DNA of 64,000 bases, from NCBI RefSeq assembly GCF_001194135.2, contig NC_068988.1, positions 42,991,966 to 43,055,965 of the forward strand, written 5' to 3'. Every line of letters begins with the position of its first letter. Within the stretch, counting starts at the first letter, position 1. Below, in pieces: positions 54,323 through 64,000 of this stretch. The notes under the pieces are model-generated. The model searched no databases. It was not told the origin of the DNA and saw only the letters and a list, made by a program, of their open reading frames with translations. The position numbers and the translations under genes are program-made. This stretch comes from Octopus bimaculoides. Its lineage: Eukaryota.

Positions 54323-54652
54323 GACATGGCTCAGTGGTTAGAGCGTCGGGCTCACAATCATGAAGCAGTGAGTTCGATTCCCGGTCCGGGCTGTGTATTG
54401 TGCTCTTGAACAAGACACTTTATTTCACGTTGCTCCAGTTCAATCAGCTGTAGAAATGGGTTGCGACATCACTGGTACCAAGCTGTATCAGCCTTTGCTT
54501 TTCCCTTGAATAACATCTGTGGCATGGATAAGGGAGGTTATATGCATGAGCAATTGCTGTTTATCCATAAACAACTTTACCCAGACTTGTGCCTCGGAGA
54601 GGAACTTTCTAGGTGCAATCCCAGAGTCATTCATGACCGAAGGGGGTCTTTA
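54323..54652 (+). mobile_element. SINE family D (tRNA head + CORE-like segment)
   Basis: A-box tggctcagtggttagagc, B-box gagttcgattccc, then tgctcttgaacaagacacttt. Single copy in this window. Confidence 0.8.
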
Positions 54653-54849
54653 TGTATATAGGGTAAGTTTTTCTGAATGATACTACATGGAGAGTGAACG
54701 CAATTGCTCAGCTACAGACAGATACCTTAATGAACAGACAAATACCTTAATGAACGATAAATACATATACCAGTAATGCTCAACCAAACTGAAATATTCT
54801 TTACTTTATTTCAGTGCAGTGGTTGGACATGAGAGTGTAATATCCTTTC

Positions 54850-55275
54850 TTATTTTGGTATAAGGCCAGCAATTTTCAAGGGTGGGAAAGTCCAGTGCTC
54901 AAATGGTTCCTATTTTATCGACCCGGAAGAACGAAATGTAAAATTGAGCGCAGCAGAATTTGAACTCAGAACTTAAAGACAAAAGAAATGCCGCTAAGCA
55001 TTTCTCTTTGTTTTGTGCTACGTGCTAACGATTCTCCCAGCTTAAGTAAGAGTATAATATAAAGAGGTGATGAGCTGGCCAAATCGTTAGCACGCCGAGT
55101 AAAATGCTTAGCGGTATTTCATCCATCTTTATGTTCTGAGGTCAAATTCCGCCGAGGGTGACTTTGCCTTTCATCCTGCGGAGTTGATAAAATATGTACC
55201 AATTGAGTACTGAGGTCGATGTAATCAACTTACCCCACCCCTGAAATTACTGACTTTGTGCTAAAATTTGACAGC
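54850..55275. mobile_element. Two family-C SINEs in opposite orientations
   Basis: Minus copy ~54850-55010, plus copy ~55064-55275. Confidence 0.8.
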
Positions 55276-56113
55276 AGTATAAAGAGTATACTACGCTTAT
55301 TGAAAAATATCGATCACGCTTAAATATAAATAATTAATCATTTAATTAATTTGCATCCACTAGTATTAATTCAAAAACGTTTGATATCTCATTTATTATG
55401 TGTTACTGTCAATAACATCTGTTTAGGAAATTGTAACGTGATCAAAAAACACATAGTTATGAAACTATTAAATTATAACATCGTTAATGTTAATTACAAA
55501 GTCATGGAATTGGTTGGATAGATGGATATTTCAATTTTATTATAAAGCTTTATAATAATCATTTCAGTGTCTTTTCTTCTCTGTTTTATTCGTACCTTAC
55601 ATACATACATACATACCCCCCCCCCACACACACACACGTGTGGGTGTGCATGTAAAATAGACACTGGCACACACACAAACACACACGCACATATATATAA
55701 ATGAAGCAATTTAACACAAATTTCTCAGTTGTCGACCTAGCTGTTGAATCTATGAATACTTTGTCACTATAAACAACTTGATTGCAGTATACTTGTTTAT
55801 GTCTCCGTTAGATCTTTCCCATAATTTGATCAAAGTGTTTTAGTCATGGCCAACACTTTCTATTTTGGCATACTTTATCTAAGACTAAATTGTAATCGTA
55901 TCCCTTTTTACGAAATCTAGATGCGTCAGTTGAGTGAGATTTGTCTCTTATTGCTAGCGCTATGCTTAACCGCGTTGAGGTTTCTTCTTTTACTAAAACT
56001 CGCACTAAAATGGAGAATAGCGACTAAACGGAGCAGGGTCTCCCACAGTGGATAGGCTAATTATAAAACTGCTACTGTGTAAAATATTTCATTCATATTT
56101 CGAAAATAAAGTA

Positions 56114-56358
56114 AGGCGGCGAGCTGGCAGAATCGTTACCGCGCCGGGCAAAATGCATTGCGGAATTTCGTCCGTCTTTACATTCTGAGTTCAAATTCCG
56201 TTGAGATCGACTTTACCTTTCATCCTTTCGCGGTCGATAAAGTTATTACCAGTTGAGCAGTGAGGTCTATGTAATNNNNNNNNNNACTTTACCTTTCATC
56301 CTTTCGCGGTCGATAAAGTTATTACCAGTTGAGCAGTGAGGTCTATGTAATCGACTTA
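56114..56358 (+). mobile_element. Family-C SINE, 5' part (3' part resumes at 58389-58432 after the transposon)
   Basis: ...gtaatcgactTA | transposon | TActctcttgcccgaaattactggccttgtgccaaaattggaaacc. Confidence 0.88.
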
Positions 56359-58386
56359 CCGGGGTTTTCCGAAAATCCGCCCAGGGCTGTTAAACAGATA
56401 ATTCTATTTTACAAAACTATTTTTTTGGCTTAAATAACGGCCCACTTGTAATAAGCGCCCAAGGGCGGTAATATGGAAGTAAAATATTTCACCTAGGAAA
56501 AACAAAGATATTCTGAAAAGCCATATTGATTTTATACAATTCCATTGAACTTCTATCGTTTCAGTTATTAGATATATAGACATAAAGAAACTGAAACAGC
56601 CTTAAAAAAATAGCATATTAAAAAATATTCTGAAGTTAACAATGGATCTATTAGGAAATATTGAAAATTAAACTGTTGAAAACATGAATAGAAGCCTCAT
56701 ATGAACAAATAATGTCCTTGGGCATTTATGGTAGAATAATAACCAAATAGTTTCAAGTTAAATTTCTTCATTTGTTGCTTGGCCATAATTCACATCAGAG
56801 GAAATTTCATTTACTTGTATCTCATCTTCTTCTTCAATTTTGTCATTATGTGCATCTGGTGCATTTACCTCATGGCCAGACAAAACATCCTATAAGATAT
56901 GAGTTTAAGTTGAAACAGAGTTAGTGTTCTTGTTCGCAGTCTTTTTAGACGTTCATTTGCTCTACGTCTGTAGATGAATTCAAAGGATTTTTATTCCCAA
57001 TAATGGAGTTGAAAACAAATATATCAAAACGTGTTCAACGATCATATACCATTAGTTTCTTTATTTAAAGTAGCAACAGCTTGGGTCACAAAGTTCACTA
57101 TCTCTTGATAAGAAGGTTTTTTTGTGATATCCTTTATTTGTATACTCCTTTTTGCCATTTGAAAACCAATTCTCCTATTCAGCACGAAGAGCTTTCTTGG
57201 AAGGACCAATAATTGATACATCTAACGGCTGTTAGATCTAATGTTGTTTTAGGAGGTATAAGTTTGAGAATTGTATTCCTACGTTTGAACACTTCTAGGA
57301 GCTCTGTTTTCTTGTGCACTGAGCATTCATCCATGAAAAGCACTGAATTTCGAGTATGGAATAGTTGTGCTGTTTTCTGCCCAATCACTTTGTCAGCCCA
57401 CAGCTGCATAAGTTCATATGTAATTGATCCCTTGTTGGAGACTGTTAAGTAAATATTCTTTGGGACCTTAATTTAAGCACGTTTTTCAATCCTTTAAGGA
57501 TAATAATTGTTTTCAACACCTTTCCTGCAGCATTAACATACAACACAGAAGTAAAACGAGCTTTGGTAGCACCACAGTGGCTAGCATCTACATTTTTATT
57601 GCCAACAAAGTCTACGGTTGTTGAACTCAATATGTCAACATATACAGGTGTTTCATCCATATTATAAATCTGTATCCTTATCAGTACCCTTATCTGCTGC
57701 TAACACTGGAATGCTATCTAGATAGTCACTGGCGATTTGTACCTTTTCTCCAAGTGTTTTATTGTCTGCTTGACCAACATGTGTAATCTTTCTCCCAGTC
57801 AGTTTATTCTGTTTCATGAAATTGAAAATTCATTAATCAGAACATCTAAAGCTGTTCATTTCAATTCCAAACCTTTTTACCAATTCAAAAGTATTTTCCC
57901 GTAAACGGCAATAATTTACAATTATAATGTTTGCACGCTAAACAACAATCCATTGTAAGAGTTCAATCTCTAGATCTCTATGTGCTGGTCCTCTCCTTCA
58001 CCAATTGATCTGCACCTCCTCTTGTCTGACATATGGATTAACTCAGTTTTGTTTTTGTGCACCATTCTCTCAATCGCTTTCCATCAATACCTGTCGCTTG
58101 ACGCAGTAGATAAATTGCCAGAATGTTCTTTCATTCGCTTAATAGCACTCAAGTTTTCACTAATGGTATATGTTCGTTGAACAAGTTTTGATATATTTTT
58201 TTTCGACTCCATTATTAGGAATAAAAATCCTTTGAATTTATCTACAGACGTAGAGCAAATGAACGTCTAAACAGACTGCAAACAAGAACACTAACTCTGT
58301 TTCAACTTTTAACCTCAAATAACCGCGCATACAAATAAACGCCCATGGGTGATCTAATGGATGGGCGGATTTTCGGAAAACCCCGG
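56359..58386 (-). mobile_element. pogo-superfamily (Passer/Tc2-like, DD35D) DNA transposon, full length but defective
   Basis: Perfect 25-bp TIRs ccggggttttccgaaaatccgccca and TA TSD on both sides. Transposase from ATG 58212 has a Brinker-like DNA-binding start, MDETP, MDE..H, and (after a 1-nt frameshift) QPLD at 35-residue spacing. Acidic tail ends ~56759. Confidence 0.93.
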
Positions 58387-58469
58387 TACTCTCTTGCCCG
58401 AAATTACTGGCCTTGTGCCAAAATTGGAAACCAATATTTCTAAAATAAGGATTTCTCATACAATGGATG

Positions 58470-58830
58470 ACGAAGTGGGGTTCCTCCGAAGATTCTCTAG
58501 AGTAACGTTACTTGATAGGCGGTGTAACTCAGAGAGTTCGGGGAATTTCTCTAGGTGGAGTCGCTACTTCTCTGCATTGAAACCTCACAGCTCAGGTCCT
58601 ACGGGCATGCGATTAGAATGTCACAGGAAAGAATCTCAAGAAGGATTCTTCAAGCCGAGCCAACCGGTAGGAGACCTAGAAGTAGACCAAAAATAAGATA
58701 GTTGGATAATATCCATAATCTCTGTTGGTCACGCTTGGGAATTCAACCGGAAAGTCTAATGACGGCTGCATCTAATAGAACCCTATGGCGGATGTTCACA
58801 TGAACCTCCCAGGAATAGTGGGCAGAGATG
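58470..58830 (+). pseudogene. RTE-clade (Rex3/Expander-like) LINE 3' fragment
   Basis: EVGFLRR...(frameshift)...VESLLLCIETSQLRSYGHAIRMSQERISRRILQAEPTGRRPRSRPKIR*LD...WSRLGIQPE...NRTLWR. Confidence 0.85.
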
Positions 58831-60659
58831 GGTGGATGAAGTGGTAGAAATAGAAGTCTACTGGGAAAAATGCTCTATAGTATGTATCTTTTGCAAAAGG
58901 TGTGGCTTTCTACATGTTTTAGAAATTATTATTATCACTAAATTGGTGGAGTGATGTAACCGATAGATCAGCAGATTAAAGACCTTCTAGTAATTAGTTA
59001 CGACCGTGTGTGCATTCTGATTTTCAACACGTCTCTTATATTTAGTCACGTATATTTATGTTCGGGATGAAATTTTACTAGAATTTACTTTTACCGCTCA
59101 TATTGCCTCCAAGGTCAATAGAAATAATTACCGGGGATAAATAGTGATAAATTACGTCGTATGTATCTTTTCTCTATCAGTTATGTAGCTTTAACCATGT
59201 TCTGAAGTAATAATGCGTTATTTAATTTTTAAAAATAAGGCAACAGGAAAAAAAGGCTGAAGTATGACAGAAACGGTAAGATGGCGAATTAATAGAGTCG
59301 TCAGTGAGTTGTAGTATATGCTGTAGCATTCTACACTCTGTGAGTTAATGTTCACTTTGCGTTTTTTCTTTCTGGCGAGAGTCTTCTTTGTCTGTCGAAA
59401 TGGACACCATTGCACCGTGGGAGGGCTGTAGTGGATCAAATAACAGCGTTAGGAAAGAAGTGAGTGAGGAGAGAAAGAGCAAGCAACCACATCTCATAGA
59501 TACAACTGATGTGCTAATGGAACCTTCTAATATCTATAATACAGCATGAAACGGACATTAAGTTCTTCAGTTTCTGAATTTAATACTGATGGGCGATGAA
59601 CTCACCTTGACTTACATTTATTACTCGATAAAACTGAGTAACAGTAATATACAGGTGTCGATCGATCCAGATGGTAGTACATCTTACGCCCAACACATGT
59701 GTTAATGTGAGAAACTAATACTTAAAAATAAGTAAATTATCATCACAATATGTCTGATAACATCGGCTGGGATTGAATGAAATCTGTTCCAATTATTCTC
59801 TAGTAGTTAGTGAATAGACTTTGATGTTTCATTAATCAAAAAAGATAGACAAAGAGACTAGAAACATTAGTAAACATTATGTATGGGTGTCGTTAAGAAA
59901 CGTTTGAATTCTTCTCAAACAAAAACAAACATTGTTAGCATTTTGTTAAGTGGGGTAGTTCTATTGTATATAAACAGTTGTTAATGGATTCTTAAATAAA
60001 ACGCTGATACAAATGAAAAGAAATGCAAAAAAAAAAAACAAAAAAAAACGAAGGAGAAGAAGAACAATAGAAATATCATGAGAAAGACAATGCAAGGCGA
60101 CAGATTTCGCTACAAAGTTGTTCGAATTGGTTGTCTGAAATCATTCCCGTTCGTGATTAAATTATGGCCGTGCATGTAAAATATGCTATAATGATGTTTG
60201 TAATGATGTTGCTACAAGGTAACATTAATGCAAAATATTTCAATACAGAGAGAAGACAAAACATTTACCCACCTACGAAAATCATCGAAGTTTAGACGAC
60301 ATAATTCCAATACTCAAACTAAATTTAAAAAATTATTCATGTATGTACATAATGTAATCAAACTCCTGTATACACATATAGGAACATATAATGAATATGT
60401 GTATATATGTATGTCTGTGTTTGTATATATGTATGCTTGTATGTATACATTCAGGTATACACACACATGTATGTATGTATGTATGTATGTATGTATGTAT
60501 CTATGCATGCATGCATGTATGTATGTATAAATGTATGTCATTATTCAGTTTTATTTCAAGATTTCTTGACAATAGAGAAATTTCAACATGTATGTCGCTC
60601 ATACCTTCAACTAACTACTTATTTACTGCAAGTGTTAATGTTTCAGTGATATTACCAAC

Positions 60660-62950
60660 TGGTGGCTGATTGAGAGCACTAAGCAATACTACAGCTGCCA
60701 AGTGCTCAACCTCGGTCTGCGTTTGATCAAGGACTTCAGATCATGTAATGAAATAAGCTGCAAAGTAAAACTAAAGATATGAACCTAGTACTTAATGAGT
60801 TATAGCATTTTGAAAACTTACTCCAGGAGAATAGTATTGACATCTGATGAACTAGTGGGTGATTGGAACGCTATCTTGAATGCAAAGTGAGACTGTGTAG
60901 GTTTTGCATAGTAGGAGAGCAGGTGCAAATACTTGCAAACCTGCTCAGGTGGCTCCAACTGCTAAGTACCGACTGAATTTCCCGAGAGTGACAATTTGAA
61001 CATGAACAGACTACACCAGGTCATCCAGATTGCATTTAGACAGGGTGTTCTGTAAGCCAGTAAATAGTGATAGCGTAGGTTGTCTACAGTTCGAAGTTGT
61101 CAGCTATACAAACCACAAGTTTGTGATCTGTACAGCAATCGTTTATAAGTTTCATAGACAGGCCCTGGTAACGGGAAATCAAACAAGTCGTTGCCTCCAC
61201 CCTACGCTTACGGAGACCTGATTAGAGAATTAGTTAAACGGGTGTTGGCAAGGGTAACAGTCGGCAACAAATGAAGTCTCGCCCTGAATAGGGCGATTAG
61301 AGTAGAATCGAGGTCTTGTAGGGACGTAGCGATTGAGAAAACAAAGTTAGAGGGAGAACTAGTTACAAATTGAGGAGGCGTTTAGGAAATGCATCGTGAC
61401 CACGTACTTGAGGAAATATTGTCCCTTGGCTCATTCGGTCTTTAGTGGATCATGATAGGCACACTACTCAATTCAAAGCAAATGTGTGTGGATTTTTGCC
61501 CGAGTGTTCGGAGTTCGTGGTGGGTCGTATCGCAAGATAGACGTCAACGTCTATCTCAACGCATATTACGGGTCATGGCAATGGAGGCGGAGCGTTGTGA
61601 AAGGCCAATATCAGCTACGCAAATATAGGAAACACGAGGGGAAAATCGCCTGGTTTGAATAATCTACTCTACGAACTTTGTTTTTATAACCAGACTTGTT
61701 TGGTGACCTCTTTGCATATGAGTCTCCCAACTAACAGCAGAACCAGAACATTCCTGGTTCGTTGGGTCGTGGAGCAATTCAGAGAAAATTCCCGAACAAG
61801 GGAAATCACATTAATGATTTTTGATTCATAGTCCTGCTAAACACATATTTTAAGATTTTAGCCTAAGTGTTACCAAAGACATGAAAGACTAGCCTGGTGG
61901 GCAAGAACTGTGACGAGGTGACGAGCTAAGAGGAAACTATTTTTGAAAAGCTGATACAGCGAACGCCTACATTATCACTGCCACCTATTACCATCTGACT
62001 GTCAAGCTTTATGCGGTTTATGATCAGACTGGAGTGTCTGCAGTTTCAATTCTTGTGAAGGGGACCCACTCCATTAAGCAGACAATTCTTGCTACATAGG
62101 AGTCTGAGCATGCCGTGGCTCGTGATGCGCAGGTATGCACTGAGGTTACGCTAAAGAATATCCAGGGATTCTTTGGCTTCGGCGAGTTTGCCGTTTATCA
62201 AGTTAGCTTTCCCTTAGCTCGTCTTTTTGACAGAGCTACAATCCTGAGTTAGCCGAAGAGTGAGACAGGACACATTATATCTGGAATGTCATTACGTACT
62301 CACAGCCATTTAATAGCCGGGCAATGCGAATGGTGGAAATCCTACATTGGAATTCTATAGAGAAATGGTGGTGGACAAAAGTCGATGAAAGTCCACTGGA
62401 AGAACTTTCGGGGTAGACTATTGGCAGTTTCTAGAAATCCTTGGCTTGGAAGTGTCACAGAGGGGCATAGCCAGTCTGTGATAAACTCTACACACAGAAA
62501 TGCTATCAGCAGGGCCCCTTCGAGATGACAAAGCGATGAATCCGTTCGTCACGCTTTCATCCAATATTTGAGTATTGCTGACTGATGAAGTTACATCTAA
62601 AATCTGCAGTCACATGTAAACAGATCTAGGTATCAGTCGAGTCCATGGGCGAAGCTTGTTCTTCTTTTGACCGGGAAGAACAGGCAGTCAATATCTGTGC
62701 TGACTTTGGCGAAAGTGGACGTATAGTAGACGAGATCGAAAGGAAATCGGAGCCAGACGTTGTTCTTGGCTTAGCCCTCATCAAATTTTTAATATTTATA
62801 CCTAATGTTTCACTTGAAAAGGGAAATGAGAGTGGAGAGGGAAGTGCTACCTCACAAAAAATGTTTTGAAAAGTGGCTGAGAGTAGCGAGCATGGTCTGA
62901 GTGAACAGGACTGCTCTGAGTATGTACCTGTAGATTGGAGAAGGACGACA
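60660..62950 (-). pseudogene. Highly degraded APE-RT non-LTR retrotransposon (tentative)
   Basis: Higher-complexity 2.3-kb block. Faint DFHH..W (~62340), LDIL, YK.+..., and GV...VLG (~60810) motifs at LINE-like spacing. Many stops and frameshifts. Confidence 0.4.
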
Positions 62951-63231
62951 GAGAGAGGGCACTTACCTTCGAGGTCAGAGTGACCGTGGCTTTTGTGGGG
63001 TTTCTACGAAAAAGCCCTTGGTGGTCTCCCCGCTATTGGGGAATTTTTCTTCGTAAAAATTTTATTCTTACCATGTTCGTTTTTGTTTACTTTTTGTTTA
63101 CACATAAAACATATCTCTACTTTCTATAACCTTGTCCTCGTTTTTGTGTGAGCCCTGGTGGGTAATAAAGAGATCCTTATTACAATTAGTAAGCGGCAGC
63201 AGTAGTAGTAGTGGTGGTGGTGGTGGTGGTG

Positions 63232-63281
<50 letters not shown>

Positions 63282-63507
63282 TGCAGTAGCAGTTTGGAAG
63301 CACAAGTTAGATGTGTACTTGATATTAACCTATTTTATATTTACTTATAACCAATGGAATTTTGTTCAAACTATTCTATTTTTGAAGTCATCATCATCAT
63401 CATCATCATTTATAATCATCATCAACACTATCATCATCATCATCACCACCATCAACATCATCATCATCATCATCTTCATCATCATCATCATCATCTTCGT
63501 CGTCGTC

Positions 63508-63631
63508 ATGAGCAACAAGGACGGCAACTGCTGCCGGGCGAAGGAAGAACGGGTACACACTCGTACAGACTTAAAAACCAGAGTGAATCATACAGCGTGG
63601 GATAGCAACACATTTACTCTCTCATATGTAG
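63508..63631 (+). CDS. Weak candidate first coding exon
   Basis: ATG-initiated MSNKDGNCCRAKEERVHTRTDLKTRVNHTAWDSNTFTLSYV, locally GC-richer, followed by the strong donor tag|GTGAGC. Protein not recognised. Confidence 0.3.
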
Positions 63632-63657
63632 GTGAGCCGAGATTGACAGTACATTAC

Positions 63658-63698
<41 letters not shown>

Positions 63699-63708
63699 NN
63701 NNNNNNNN

Positions 63709-64000
63709 AGTTAGATGTGTACTTGATATTAACCTATTTTATATTTACTTATAACCAATGGAATTTTGTTCAAACTATTCTATTTTTGAAGTCATCATCA
63801 TCATCATCATCATTTATAATCATCATCAACACTATCATCATCATCATCACCACCATCAACATCATCATCATCATCATCTTCATCATCATCATCATCATCT
63901 TCGTCGTCGTCATGAGCAACAAGGACGGCAACTGCTGCCGGGCGAAGGAAGAACGGGTACACACTCGTACAGACTTAAAAACCAGAGTGAATCATACAGC
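63709..64000 (+). other. Assembly overlap artefact (exact copy of 63305-63596 across a 10-N gap)
   Basis: Identical sequence on both sides of the N run at 63699-63708. Confidence 0.85.

Noticed and set aside
56210-56351. 66-bp direct repeat within the SINE-C copy
   Set aside because: Exact duplication on both sides of a 10-N gap; a scaffolding overlap artefact.
62575-62637. CUGAUGA followed by a ttacat/atgtaa stem
   Set aside because: No GAAA at the required position; lies within a probable LINE remnant.
63305-64000. 292-bp exact direct repeat
   Set aside because: Identical copies separated by a 10-N gap; assembly overlap rather than biology.

Overview
Eukaryotic, AT-rich, microsatellite-dense draft-assembly DNA with many N gaps. 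The repeat families suggest an octopus or other cephalopod genome; this is an inference, not a database result. No intact host gene is recognisable, only a few weak exon candidates. The window is mostly transposon-derived: four tRNA-headed SINE families (called A-D here), LINE remnants (RTE, R4/Dong-like, CR1-like, L1/Tx1-like), Penelope-like element (PLE) fragments, a mariner MITE, Helitron-like ends, and a 2,028-bp pogo/Passer-type DD35D transposon with perfect TIRs nested in a SINE. The most notable signal is four minimal type-I hammerhead-ribozyme-like motifs (111-170, 31869-31904, 40849-40905, 52960-52999) in different short elements near (TA)n tracts. Two lie close to PLE coding fragments, and one sits in a direct-plus-inverted repeat module. 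Other notable observations: an inverted copy of the transposase 5' end inside the pogo element, three R4/Dong-like 3' ends abutting antiparallel SINE-C copies, a 7-copy head-to-tail SINE-C array, and a possible SINE-RTE chimera. All translations, folds and identities were done by eye.
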